NCBI GenBank assembly: GCA_963790475.1
Contig: CAWBOS010000006.1
Location: 1-64,000, forward strand
Length of the DNA: 64,000 bases
Direction: 5' to 3'
Origin: an uncultured delta proteobacterium
Lineage (GTDB): Bacteria; Desulfobacterota; RBG-13-43-22
The position numbers and the translations under genes are program-made. This document shows positions 30,444-40,772 of the stretch, piece by piece (position 1 is the stretch's first letter; each line of letters opens with the position of its first letter). The notes under the pieces are model-generated. The model searched no databases, had not been told where the DNA came from, and saw only the letters and a list, made by a program, of their open reading frames with translations.

Positions 30444-30511
30444 AACAAAAACCCCATCTTCTTTTTAAGAAATGGGGTCTTGTGGGTTTGCTTCTTGGTC
30501 CAGCCTTTCGG
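30444..30511 (-). repeat. Array element copy H (core + terminator)
   Basis: CCCGAAAGGCTGGACCAAGAAGCAAACCCACAAGACCCCAT..ATGGGGTTTTTGTT. Confidence 0.85.
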
Positions 30512-30548
30512 GTTATGAGATAGTCGGTTGGAAGGAGGCCGATTATCT

Positions 30549-32129
30549 CTAAGGTCGGGGAGGAATTATCGGCAACAGAAGAAACGAATCATATTCCCCG
30601 CCGGCATGGATTGAATTAAGGCCGGACTGAATCCGGTCATTAGGGTCCGTATGGGTGAAGGGCTGAATTTTAGGGTCATCCTTTGACCCCACCTCGAGCA
30701 CCAGCTTATGTCCTTTATGGAAGACCATACTGGCCGGCCAGATCTCGATCTCTACCGGCACGATCTCGCCGGGTTTCACTTTTTGCAGCTCATCATGGGT
30801 GTGAAACGGCCGATAGGGTTTAGATTTTTTCGGATCCAACTTTCGATGAGATACTCGCAGCCAACCATAGGCGCCCGAAATCTCATGCCCCATTTGTCCC
30901 ATATAGGTAATCTCTTTCTTGCTATCATCCAGGTGGTGCAGGATGGCAAAAAGATCCAGGTCATCGGCAGTCGATGACACCCAAAGCTTCAGTTTCATGG
31001 GACCGGTGATCTCCGTTTCCTGCTCAAAAGGCGGGGTGGCAAAACGAAGGGAAGTGTTATCCGCCTCAGGAGCGGCGCTGAAACTGGCCTGTCCCGGTTG
31101 ATTGGGTTTTTCTTTTGAGAGGGACCCTTCCTTGGCATTCAGATAAACCTCGGTCCATTGGGTTCGAGCCAGGGGCCATTCATATTCATAGCGCCAGACA
31201 TATTGGTCACTACGCTGCCTGATAGCCAGTTTGATCGGGGGTTCCCGAAGAATTCCGGTGTCGATGCCTTTCAGCCAATATTCCAGAAAACGTTTTTGCG
31301 CCAGTCGACCTTCGAGAGAATAAAAGGGGAGCACATGATCCCCGGAATGGATCCATAAAAACTTATGTTCCGAGCCGGCGCCAAGATACCCCTCGACATT
31401 TCCCCGGAGATGAAGCCCTACACCACCCCAGTTGCCTACCGAAAAGAGCGGCACTTTAATATCGGCCGGGTTAGGATTGTTACGGGCAACGATCTCGTTG
31501 TAAAGTTCGAGAGCAGCCTGTTGCTCTCTTCGCGCCTCCGGGGTTTCGGGCTCTTTCATAGTTCGGCCGGTATGGGATTGCCAGCGGCCGGTAAAGGTGT
31601 TTGATAAAATACCTCCGTGGCGATTTGATTCCCGGTAGAGGTCATAAGCCCCCTCCCAGGGGACGATCGCCGCCAAATGGGGCGGATTCAGGGCCGCCAC
31701 CCGCCAGGAGTTCATGGCAAAATAAGAGATTCCCATAACGGCAACTTTGCCGTTGCTCCAATATTGGCTTCCGGCCCATTCCACGGCATCGTAGAAATCT
31801 TCCGCTTCCCGCATGGACAACAACCGTGGCCTGCCCGGTGATTTACCGGTTCCCCGGGTATCGACTCGTATGACCACATATCCCTGAGGAACCCACCATT
31901 CCGGATTCACGCTTTCCCAATGCATGTAAGGACCCTGGAGATCAGAATTATCATTCGACCGTTCAGGATGCCAATCCTTGAAATGGATGTCCTTGGGATA
32001 GGGTCCTAAGGTGATGATGACCGGAAAGTTGCCTCGGTCATTCGGCCTGAATACATCGGCGCACAACTTCAACCCGTCGCGGACTTCAATTGAGACATCT
32101 TTTTCTACAATCAATTGATAATAGGTCAT
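30549..32129 (-). CDS. CocE/NonD family hydrolase
   Basis: RDG.KL.ADVFRP, DTRGTGKSPG, WSNGKV..MGISY. Confidence 0.92.
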   Translation of the reverse strand: MTYYQLIVEKDVSIEVRDGLKLCADVFRPNDRGNFPVIITLGPYPKDIHFKDWHPERSNDNSDLQGPYMHWESVNPEWWVPQGYVVIRVDTRGTGKSPGRPRLLSMREAEDFYDAVEWAGSQYWSNGKVAVMGISYFAMNSWRVAALNPPHLAAIVPWEGAYDLYRESNRHGGILSNTFTGRWQSHTGRTMKEPETPEARREQQAALELYNEIVARNNPNPADIKVPLFSVGNWGGVGLHLRGNVEGYLGAGSEHKFLWIHSGDHVLPFYSLEGRLAQKRFLEYWLKGIDTGILREPPIKLAIRQRSDQYVWRYEYEWPLARTQWTEVYLNAKEGSLSKEKPNQPGQASFSAAPEADNTSLRFATPPFEQETEITGPMKLKLWVSSTADDLDLFAILHHLDDSKKEITYMGQMGHEISGAYGWLRVSHRKLDPKKSKPYRPFHTHDELQKVKPGEIVPVEIEIWPASMVFHKGHKLVLEVGSKDDPKIQPFTHTDPNDRIQSGLNSIHAGGEYDSFLLLPIIPPRP

Positions 32130-32215
32130 CGTAGATCTCCTTGGAAATCATTCATCGTTAACGATTATTCTCTCTAACGGTTCCGGATCAGGGCAGATTC
32201 TCCACGCAGTGGTAC

Positions 32216-32965
32216 CTAAGCATGGGCCATCAGGCCGCCGTCGACGAACATGAACTGGCCGGTGGTGAACCCGGTCACCTCTGAGGCCAGGTAAACTACC
32301 AAGGACCCGATTTCTTCGGGTTGGCCGTAACGTTTGGCCGGAATGTAGCGGGCCAGAGACTCGTCCGTCGCCTTGCCCGGTTCGGTAAACCAACCCGTGC
32401 CGATGGCATTGACGGTAATTCCCTTCCGGGCCCACTCCAGGGCCAGGGCCCGGGTCAACTGGAGCACAGCGCCCATGGACACACAATAGGCCGAACCGTT
32501 GACAATCCCGCGCTCGGCCAGACCGGAAACGATATTGATGATCCGGCCGTTTTTCTGCTTCAGCATTGGTTTGGCAGCGGCGCGGCAGAAATTCAGCACG
32601 GACTTGAAATTGTAATCCATCACTTTGGCCCATTCGGCGTTCTTGATTTTCATAAAAGGCTGAAAGAAATGGATGTCCCCGGCGTTGACCAGGATATCAA
32701 GACGTCCGTATTCGGCCATAACCTGACCGACAGCCTTCCGCACTTGAGCCGCGTTGGTGACGTCAACGGGGATGGCTAAGGCTTTTCGACCGGTTTTGTG
32801 CACAGCTTCCGTCGCCGCCTCGGTTAGTAGGGGTGAATCTTTGGCCGCGATGGCTATATCCGCACCGGCACCGGCCATGGCCACAGCTACCGACTTGGTC
32901 CATAATTTACTGTCCCCGGCAACCAGGGCTACCTTGTCTTTTAATGAAAATGCTTTCGCTGTCAT
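32216..32965 (-). CDS. Short-chain dehydrogenase/reductase
   Basis: GRLDILVNA, G.IINI.S, ITVNAI, TGQ..FVDGG; YxxxK appears as YCVSM. Confidence 0.85.
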   Translation of the reverse strand: MTAKAFSLKDKVALVAGDSKLWTKSVAVAMAGAGADIAIAAKDSPLLTEAATEAVHKTGRKALAIPVDVTNAAQVRKAVGQVMAEYGRLDILVNAGDIHFFQPFMKIKNAEWAKVMDYNFKSVLNFCRAAAKPMLKQKNGRIINIVSGLAERGIVNGSAYCVSMGAVLQLTRALALEWARKGITVNAIGTGWFTEPGKATDESLARYIPAKRYGQPEEIGSLVVYLASEVTGFTTGQFMFVDGGLMAHA

Positions 32966-33798
32966 ACCAGACCCTCCTTCAAAGAGACCTTCGGTGCGTA
33001 ACCGGTGGTGGCGAATCCTCCGGCCAGCCCGCCTCCGTCTGAAATAAAACATCCGCCGGTGATATAATCGGAAGCATCGGAGCAGAGGAACAGGGCCACA
33101 TACCCGATGTCATCCGGTTTGCCCGGACTCCCGACCGGGACAAACAACTTTCTGGCGGCGCGTCTCTCGGCCATGACCTTCTGATAATCCGCGGGCTGGT
33201 TGTCATAGGTGTCCACAAAGCCGGGGACGATGCAGTTTACCCGAACGTTGTACTCAGCCAGGGTCAGAGCCATGACCCGGGTGAGATTGACCACCCCGGC
33301 CTTGGCCGTGTTGTACATGAAGCTGTTGCGCTGTCCGCGGAAACCTTCGCCGGAAGCCAACAAAATTATTTTGCCGTTTTTGCGTTCGGCAAAATACTTG
33401 CTTACCGCACGGCTGCAATAAAAACCACCGGATAGATTGACATCGATCCCGGTGCGCCAGTCCTCATCGGTAATTTCCCACATCGTTTTGGGCCGTTCAC
33501 CGCGGACGATGCCGGCGTTGTTGATCAGCACATCGATATGGCCCATTTCCGCCAGTGCGCGCTCAATCAATCGGTTGGCCTGGGCGGTGTCCGTCACATC
33601 CGTGGGGACGACCAGGGCTTTTCCGCCGCGCTGGCGGACCCCCGCCGCTGTTTCTTCCAGAGGTGCAACCCGCCGGGCGGCCACCACGATATCCGCGCCC
33701 TCTTCGGCCAGACGAAAGGCCATGGACCTCCCCAGTCCCGTCCCCCCGCCGGTGATGATGATGACTTTACCGTCCAGAGTCCCTTTCCTTTCATTCAT
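32962..33798 (-). CDS. Short-chain dehydrogenase/reductase
   Basis: TGGGTGLG, NNAG, YNTAKAG, VRVNCIVPG. Confidence 0.92.
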   Translation of the reverse strand: MNERKGTLDGKVIIITGGGTGLGRSMAFRLAEEGADIVVAARRVAPLEETAAGVRQRGGKALVVPTDVTDTAQANRLIERALAEMGHIDVLINNAGIVRGERPKTMWEITDEDWRTGIDVNLSGGFYCSRAVSKYFAERKNGKIILLASGEGFRGQRNSFMYNTAKAGVVNLTRVMALTLAEYNVRVNCIVPGFVDTYDNQPADYQKVMAERRAARKLFVPVGSPGKPDDIGYVALFLCSDASDYITGGCFISDGGGLAGGFATTGYAPKVSLKEGLV

Positions 33799-34073
33799 AA
33801 CATACCCTCCTTGTTGGATAGGCACCATATTTCTCACCCAAGTTGAAACAGGCGGAGGTTATGGTGGTCAGAGTCAACTTCCGATTTTGCAAAAGCTGGT
33901 AACATCAAAGTTCCAAGTTGGATAATAATTTATTTCTTTCAAAATAGAAATTTATTTTTAAGCGAACCTATTTAAAATTTTGGGAGTGTCATAAGGATCT
34001 TGTTTTGGGGGTTGTCCTCCCCCCAAGCCATAAGCTTCTTGGCGGTTAAATGTTATTAGCAGATAATAAATTG

Positions 34074-34251
34074 CATTCGCCGCAGTCGCAAAGGGCACAG
34101 AGAAGAAGATTTTTTGCTTTCCGGTGAGAGGACGGAAAGCAAAAAGAGCTCTTTTCATTTGCCGCCTCTCGCCGGCAAATGAAAATCCTATCTCAGCGTT
34201 CTCTGGGTCTCGAACGAGTCACGCCTCTGGCGTGATGAGTGGGCGGTGAAA
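34074..34251. repeat. Multi-hairpin intergenic element (REP/MITE-like)
   Basis: Nested hairpins TTTTTGCTTTCCG/CGGAAAGCAAAAA, TTTTCATTTGCCG/CGGCAAATGAAAA and TCACGCC/GGCGTGA within imperfect outer arms. Confidence 0.6.
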
Positions 34252-34358
34252 AAATGTTTCCGTGATGTAACCTAATTTTATGCTCTCGTCAATAAATCAA
34301 ATCTGAGACCGGCCCACACCAATGCCAAATGGCAACACCCCCCCTGTTTAGGCCCAGC

Positions 34359-34620
34359 TCATATCTTGATTTTTTTCCAGCCGCCCCTGGAGAAACGCCA
34401 CCAAAGAAGGATTCCTCGAACATTGATGTCTAATACCGCCGCCGACCATGCTCCCACGGGGCCAAGATGAAGGGCAATAGCAGGAAGATAGGCCAAAGGA
34501 AGCCGTAATAACAAGATGCAACCAGTCATGATCAACAATACCCAGCGGGTGTCGCCGGCACCTCGGAGACCTCCGGCCAGGGTATTGCTCGTTCCCATCA
34601 TGGGCATGGCCAGGGCCCAT
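34359..34620 (-). pseudogene. 3' remnant of a MATE efflux transporter
   Basis: GGLRGAGDTR..LRLPLAY..GPVGAW..RF..GGWK; only the last ~85 aa are present. Confidence 0.75.
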
Positions 34621-34658
34621 CCGGACGGCCACGAAGTAATTTCATGGCCGGGAAAAGG

Positions 34659-36254
34659 TTATTTCCGGTAAACAATCTCCCCCTCGATCATGGTCATTTC
34701 GACCTCAATCGAAGGCCAGGTTTCAGGAGGGACTTCGAACAGGTTTTTCTCGAACACGGTAATATCGGCATGTTTTCCCGGGCTGATGGAACCCAGGGTG
34801 GTTTCCCGGCGTGAAGTCCAGGCCGGAATCTGTGTGAAGGCCTCAATCCCTTCCTCCAGGGAAAGCCGTTCTTCCGGGAACCATCCCCCGGCCGGCTCCC
34901 CTTCAGGGGTCTGCCGGGTCACTGCCGCCTGAAGTCCCAAGAGAGGACTAATATTATCAAACGGGGCATCGGAACCGAACTGAAGGGGGATGCCCGCCTG
35001 GCGGAAGGTTTTCCAGGCATAGGCCTGGCGGGATCGGGAGTGTCCCCATTTTTCTTCCGCCAGTTGCCAATCCGTGGCCGTAAATACCGGCTGAACCGAG
35101 GCCGTCACTCCCAGTCTTCGAAGCAGGGCCAGGTCACTGGACTGATGAAGCTGGACATGTTCGAGACGATCCCTTTTCTCTCCGGGTCTTATTCCCTCCA
35201 TATTTCTGGCCTCTGATATGGCGGCCAGGCAGTTGGAAACGGCCCTGTCCCCGATGGCATGGATGGCCACATCCCCGCCCCAGGAATAGGTTTGTCGTAT
35301 CTGATCCCGGAGCGTTTCCAAAGGAATTACGGCCAGGCCTTTATTGGCCGGATCATCCATATAAGGTTCATGAAGCAGGGCGGTACCGGAACCCAGGGAA
35401 CCGTCGGCAAACAATTTCATGTGCCCTACCCACAACCGTGGGCTGCCGCTGCCGGGCCGCATACCCCTGGCCGACAGGGTATCCGCTTCCTGGGGACGAA
35501 GCAGCTGGTAAATCCTGATTTTCAGTTTTTCGTCTTTGTCCAGCTCGGCCAGAGCTTCGTATTGGGGAAGCATTTCGCAGGAATGGACCCCGGTCAGTCC
35601 TGATTTCAAGGCCTCCTCCTGGGCGGCCAGGGCTGCTGATTTCAAATCGTCCCGTGAACTTCTGGGCATAAATTTTCTTAAGACCCCTATGGCTTCCCGC
35701 ATGATCCCTGTGGGTTCACCGGTCGCCGGGTCCCTTTCGATTTTTCCTCCCGGAGGATCCGGGGAAGCTTTGGTGACCCCGGCTTTTTCCAAGGCCATGG
35801 AATTTACCCAGACCGTATGGCCGTCGGCTCGAAACAACATCAGGGGGTTGGCCGGGGCCAGGTCGTCGAGATCATACCGGGTGGGTGGCCTGTTTTCTTT
35901 CCATTTGCGGTCGTCCCATCCCCGGCCGACAATCCATTCTCCGGGCGGATAGGTGGAAACGGCAGTCCGGATTTTTTGACGGCATTGCTCCAGGGAAGAA
36001 AGATTTTTCAGGCTCACCAGGTTAAGAGTTTGACCGAAGGAACAAAAGTGGACATGCCCGTCCACCAGCCCGGGAACCGCAAGCCTGGCGGGCAGGTCCA
36101 GGATTTTAGTCTTTCCGGAACAAAGCGGTTTTATTTCTTGATCGCGGCCAACGGCCATTATTTGTCCGTCTTTTATGGCCACGGCTTCGGCCCAGGGGAT
36201 TTTGGGATCGCCGGTGAAAATCTTTGAAGAGAGAATGGCAATGTCCACGGTCAT
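34659..36254 (-). CDS. Amidohydrolase 3 (YtcJ-like)
   Basis: PGLVDGHVH, KLFADGSLG, HAIGDRA, RLEH, GSDAP. Confidence 0.92.
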   Translation of the reverse strand: MTVDIAILSSKIFTGDPKIPWAEAVAIKDGQIMAVGRDQEIKPLCSGKTKILDLPARLAVPGLVDGHVHFCSFGQTLNLVSLKNLSSLEQCRQKIRTAVSTYPPGEWIVGRGWDDRKWKENRPPTRYDLDDLAPANPLMLFRADGHTVWVNSMALEKAGVTKASPDPPGGKIERDPATGEPTGIMREAIGVLRKFMPRSSRDDLKSAALAAQEEALKSGLTGVHSCEMLPQYEALAELDKDEKLKIRIYQLLRPQEADTLSARGMRPGSGSPRLWVGHMKLFADGSLGSGTALLHEPYMDDPANKGLAVIPLETLRDQIRQTYSWGGDVAIHAIGDRAVSNCLAAISEARNMEGIRPGEKRDRLEHVQLHQSSDLALLRRLGVTASVQPVFTATDWQLAEEKWGHSRSRQAYAWKTFRQAGIPLQFGSDAPFDNISPLLGLQAAVTRQTPEGEPAGGWFPEERLSLEEGIEAFTQIPAWTSRRETTLGSISPGKHADITVFEKNLFEVPPETWPSIEVEMTMIEGEIVYRK

Positions 36255-36511
36255 CTTTCCCGGAAGTCCGGATCATCCAGAGATTTTAGAATGAGGTTGG
36301 TCTTGAGTCTTTTAAACATGAGAGGAAAATAGCAGAATAATATTTCATTTTCAAGTGCTATGGTATCTCCAACCTCGGAGGGAGTAAACTGTCGCTCCCG
36401 ATAGGGAGAGAGGGTGGGGGTTGATTTCAGGAGAACCATCGCTCGGATAAAGCCATAATCAGCAGGTCATTACCCATTATCCGGGTTTTAGGCAGAAAAC
36501 CATCGCACCGC

Positions 36512-36946
36512 TTACTGCATTTTGATCTTAAGATGCCTTCCGACATCAGCCAATCCGTATTTCAAATATACCGGATAGCCTGATTCGCTGGGATTGTTCA
36601 CCTGGAGCTCATAACACCCCTTGGCGGAAGCCTCTTCCAGGGCGGCTCTCAGCAGCTTTCCGCCGATCCCCTGGCCTCGCCCTTTTTCACCGACAATGAA
36701 TTCTTCGATACAGGTGTAAAGCCCTCCGCACCGAATAGCCGTGGGATAGGACAGGGTGATTAACCCCATGGCTTTTCCGCCTTCATCGGCCATAAAGATG
36801 CTACCTATCTCCGGATGGTTGACTATTTGCCGGAAGGTTGCCGCCGCGGCCTTCCAATCCACAGCCCCCAATCCATTTCCCGGAAACTGCATCAGCAGTT
36901 CGATGACCTGGCTTTCATCTTCTAATCCGGCCCGGCGAATCTTCAT
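36512..36946 (-). CDS. GNAT N-acetyltransferase
   Basis: IEEFIV...RGQGIGGKLL. Confidence 0.85.
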   Translation of the reverse strand: MKIRRAGLEDESQVIELLMQFPGNGLGAVDWKAAAATFRQIVNHPEIGSIFMADEGGKAMGLITLSYPTAIRCGGLYTCIEEFIVGEKGRGQGIGGKLLRAALEEASAKGCYELQVNNPSESGYPVYLKYGLADVGRHLKIKMQ

Positions 36947-38673
36947 TTCCTTCCTCCTTTAACCAACTCCTCCAAAATCATTTTTTTCAATTTGTATTTC
37001 TCTATCTTATTGGTTGGTGTCCTGGGCAACTCGTCCATAAAGCGGATATGTTTGGGCCACATAAATCTGGGCATTTCAGAAGCCAGCCATTTTCGCAAGG
37101 TGCTTTCATTCACATCCATTTTTTGCATTAAAGTGACATAGACCACAATATCATCTTCTTCCCCTTCGGCTGCCGGAATAGGAAAGGCGGCACAAACCTC
37201 CACCGCCGGATGGCTGTTGATGATATCCTCGATTTGATAGGAAGAGATATTTTCACCCTTGGTCCGGATAAATCCGCCCATGCGGTCTACAAAGTAATAG
37301 ATCCCATCATTATCTCTATAACAGGCATCTCCGGTATGAAACCACTGGTTTTTGAAGACCGCGACCGTGGCTTCGGGCTTATTGAAATAACCATCCAGCA
37401 TACAATAGGGGAGTTTGCTTCTGAAGGCCAGTTGGCCATATTGCCCCGGTCCCAGTTCTTCATCATGCTCATTAAGAACGGCCGGTTCCAGGACCACCGA
37501 TCGCCCCATAAATCCTTTTTTAATCTCATCTTTTCCGGATAAAAATGGATACCCCCATTTCAGACAAAACTCCCGTATCTCTTTTCTCGTGAAACCTTTA
37601 TACAGTTCAGGAGGGGTTCCCGCTCCCTCCTCCAATTCATCGATAAGACCGACAAAACCGTTTCCGGCCTCCGTCTGGCCATATCCTCCGGATATAAAAT
37701 CGATCCCGAACCGTTTAGCCACCTTATTATGGTATTGGGGCAGGGGCTGCATATGAACCCTGTTCAGGCTGTTATCGCGATCGTTCGGCGTTTCCGGGGC
37801 ATTCATCAACCAGGGTATCATGACGTCCAGCAGGGTGGCATGATTCGCTCCCCCCGCTGCGATTCTTTTCCAGAATTCGCTGGGAGAAAATTTATCCCAA
37901 AGGGCTGCATTGGCCCCTCTCCAAACCACCCGCACAAAATTGCTGATGGCCCCTCCCACATGGTACATGGGGAGGTCATTGTAAATTACATCCTCCTCGT
38001 GGGTGAATCTTCTGGTGTTAAAGGTATACTGGGCCATCCAACGGTGGGATTGGACAACTCCCTTGGCCGGTCCAGTCGTCCCGGAAGTATAAATGATATT
38101 AGCCGTGTCCCAGTAATTTATTTCCGTGTTCAGATCGGCAGAATCGCCCTGGAGCAGATCTTCAAAATCAAAGAATTCAATTTTTTTATCCAACTCCGCC
38201 CTTGCCAGATCGGGGTTAAAATCGTGCTCATCCCGCCTGGGCTTCCTGACAATAACCTTCATTGGAGGGAGGTCCGTTTTCACATTATCCAGGAAAGGGA
38301 GCATGGCTTGCTCGGAAATCATCATTTTCGGTTCCGTATCATTAATCTGGTAGGACAGCAGTCGGCCCTTGTAATTAAAATTAATGGGACTGAAGACGGC
38401 ACCGACCTTCCAAATGCCGAACATGGCCAATACCGTTACCAAGGGATTGAATAAATATAACGAAATCCGGTCCCCCTGGCCGACTCCCAAAGCCTGCAAA
38501 GAATGGCCTATTTTATTGGTTAATTGATTAAATGCCAGGTAGGTCAGGGTGTTGTTCTCCTCCCCATAATAGAGAAATTTCTGATCGGGCTTCTTCGAGG
38601 CCCATTCATATAATTTATTGACCACACTGGTTCCGTCTTTTTCAAATTCTTTCTTCAATTCTTCCAGATCCAT
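36943..38673 (-). CDS. AMP-binding acyl-CoA ligase (CaiC-like)
   Basis: YTSGTTGPAKG, YGQTE, FHTGD, GENISS, LPRTPTNKIEK. Confidence 0.92.
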   Translation of the reverse strand: MDLEELKKEFEKDGTSVVNKLYEWASKKPDQKFLYYGEENNTLTYLAFNQLTNKIGHSLQALGVGQGDRISLYLFNPLVTVLAMFGIWKVGAVFSPINFNYKGRLLSYQINDTEPKMMISEQAMLPFLDNVKTDLPPMKVIVRKPRRDEHDFNPDLARAELDKKIEFFDFEDLLQGDSADLNTEINYWDTANIIYTSGTTGPAKGVVQSHRWMAQYTFNTRRFTHEEDVIYNDLPMYHVGGAISNFVRVVWRGANAALWDKFSPSEFWKRIAAGGANHATLLDVMIPWLMNAPETPNDRDNSLNRVHMQPLPQYHNKVAKRFGIDFISGGYGQTEAGNGFVGLIDELEEGAGTPPELYKGFTRKEIREFCLKWGYPFLSGKDEIKKGFMGRSVVLEPAVLNEHDEELGPGQYGQLAFRSKLPYCMLDGYFNKPEATVAVFKNQWFHTGDACYRDNDGIYYFVDRMGGFIRTKGENISSYQIEDIINSHPAVEVCAAFPIPAAEGEEDDIVVYVTLMQKMDVNESTLRKWLASEMPRFMWPKHIRFMDELPRTPTNKIEKYKLKKMILEELVKGGRK

Positions 38674-38731
38674 ATCTATCCTCCTTTACTGGCTTCTTCT
38701 CTGAGTTCCCTTTTTAAAACTTTACCGAAAA

Positions 38732-40411
38732 TTAAAAGGTAGTGGGCCAATATTGCAGTTTATGTTCACTGATGAGAGGACCTTTCCTACCCCGGGCGAT
38801 GTCAAGGGCCGCAGCAATAAACTTTCTGGTATCTCTCGGATCAATGATATCGTCAAAAAAATGTTGTTCGGCCGCTTTCCAGGGGGACGTTTCGGTTGAC
38901 CAGAGCTTTCGCAGTTTTTCTCTTTCCCCCCGAGGGTCCTTAGCCTCTGCTATTTTACTGCCGTGCACCAATTCGATTCCGATCACCGGGTCGACAAAAC
39001 TGATAGAGGCGATAGGCCAGGCCGCTATAAAATCGGCCCCTTCGCCGGGGCTCATCATGACGTTCCAGCCCATTCCATAAGCCTTGCGTAAGGTAATGGA
39101 AATCTTGGGGACAGTGGCCAGCTGCTCAGTCTCCAGCCAATTGACGATCTTGCCGGGCAGCTTCTGCTTCTCGGCGGCGCTGCCCGGAAACATCCCCGGG
39201 ACATCGTTTAAAAAAACAAGGGGGATATTAAAAGAATCACAAAGGCAAATAAAGCTGGCTGCTTTTTCACAGGCAGCCACCGTGGGGGCACCGGCATCGT
39301 ACATCGGGTTATTGGCTATGAAACCCACAACTCGACCACCGACGCGAGCCAGACAAGTAATCAACGATTTTCCGAACTCCGCTTTCAACGGAAAATATTT
39401 CCCGTTATCTACGATTCTCTTTAGGAGACGATACATATCATAGGCCCGGTTGAGTTGATCCGGAACAATTTTCCCTATATCGTCGATTCGTCTGGAAACA
39501 GGGTCGTCGGTCGCTACCAAGGGCGGCTCTTCTTGATGGTTGGAAGGCATATAACTCAGAAATTCTCTGACCAGCTCCAAACATTGCTCGTCATTGTCCG
39601 CCAGGGCATCAATTTCACCGGTCTCTCTAAATCGAAATTCTGAAGCGGCCAGATCGTGAGGGGTGATCTCCTCACCTATGGCGATTTTGAGAATCCTGGG
39701 GCCGGCCGCCCCCATACAGGTTCCTTTTACGGCAAAGACGACATCAGAGGCCGCCGCAATCCAACTGGGTTCGCCAAAACATTCCCCCATAATGGTAGCC
39801 ACGCGAGGAGTTATTCGAGGTCTCCCCATAAATGCCGGCATGGCCGCAGAACGGCTCATCCCCACCGAACCCATCCCATCAGGCAATCTCAACCCCCCCA
39901 GATTGTCTCCCAAAAAAATAGTCGGATATCCTTTTGCCGTAGCATAAAGGTGAGCCCGTTCGTGTTTCCGGGCACATCCGATTAAACCGTCACTTCCGCC
40001 CAGAACGGTTACATCGTCGGCAGTCACCAAGACCCTACGCCCCTGAATCATACCAAAACCGCAAGGTCGGCCATCAGCAGCCGTCCTGTCGGCCATTTCA
40101 GGATTTTCCCCAAGATTCAAAATGCCGAGTTCCCAGAAGCTTCCCGAATCGAGCAATCTCTCAATTCTCTCTCGAGCGGTCAGTCGGCCCAGGGCGTGTT
40201 GCTTGGCCACCTGTTTTTCGCCACCCTGCTTCCTGGCTTTCTCCCGGCGGACGATCAACTCCCGGGTCGCCCCCTCCAGGGTGACCTTGCTTTCCACTTT
40301 GAACCCGACATCCAGACCCACCGCCAGTTTGCGTTCCTTTTTTCCCGCCACTTGTATTTTTCTCCTATTTTTTATCTTTTTATAATCATGAACATAGATA
40401 TAGTTTGGCAT
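38732..40411 (-). CDS. Acyl-CoA carboxylase/decarboxylase carboxyltransferase subunit
   Basis: GRLTARERI..LLD.GSF, DVPG, RKAYG, IIDPRDTR; true start probably later than the ORF call. Confidence 0.88.
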   Translation of the reverse strand: MPNYIYVHDYKKIKNRRKIQVAGKKERKLAVGLDVGFKVESKVTLEGATRELIVRREKARKQGGEKQVAKQHALGRLTARERIERLLDSGSFWELGILNLGENPEMADRTAADGRPCGFGMIQGRRVLVTADDVTVLGGSDGLIGCARKHERAHLYATAKGYPTIFLGDNLGGLRLPDGMGSVGMSRSAAMPAFMGRPRITPRVATIMGECFGEPSWIAAASDVVFAVKGTCMGAAGPRILKIAIGEEITPHDLAASEFRFRETGEIDALADNDEQCLELVREFLSYMPSNHQEEPPLVATDDPVSRRIDDIGKIVPDQLNRAYDMYRLLKRIVDNGKYFPLKAEFGKSLITCLARVGGRVVGFIANNPMYDAGAPTVAACEKAASFICLCDSFNIPLVFLNDVPGMFPGSAAEKQKLPGKIVNWLETEQLATVPKISITLRKAYGMGWNVMMSPGEGADFIAAWPIASISFVDPVIGIELVHGSKIAEAKDPRGEREKLRKLWSTETSPWKAAEQHFFDDIIDPRDTRKFIAAALDIARGRKGPLISEHKLQYWPTTF

Positions 40412-40772
40412 TTAAAATTCGGCCGGAGGTTTTAAAAACTTAAGAAAAGTTTTGATGGGGTGTTCACTTCATCGATACTGATTCTCGAGTCCTTCTTCAC
40501 GGGCCCTATTATCTATCGGCTAAGAGAGGAGGGCAGACCTTGATTAGCCGGAGGCGGGTGGTCATCTCTGATTCCGGCCGTTCATTTCACTGCCTCCTGA
40601 CACGGTTTTTTATCGACCGTGGCTATGAATATCTGTTGGCTTGGCCTGAAAAAGGTGGTAGATCTTCCCATCCAGTCATCAAATAAATGGGAGGCAGAAC
40701 CGTGAAAGGTCCTGCCTCCTCCCTATTGTGGCCTGCGCTCAATCTTTTGGGCCTCTTATTGATCGTGTAGGT

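Noticed and set aside
16962-30511. Repeats read as a CRISPR array or integron attC sites
   Set aside because: Spacing is kilobases and irregular, with no cas or intI gene and no RYYYAAC..GTTRRRY boxes with attC geometry
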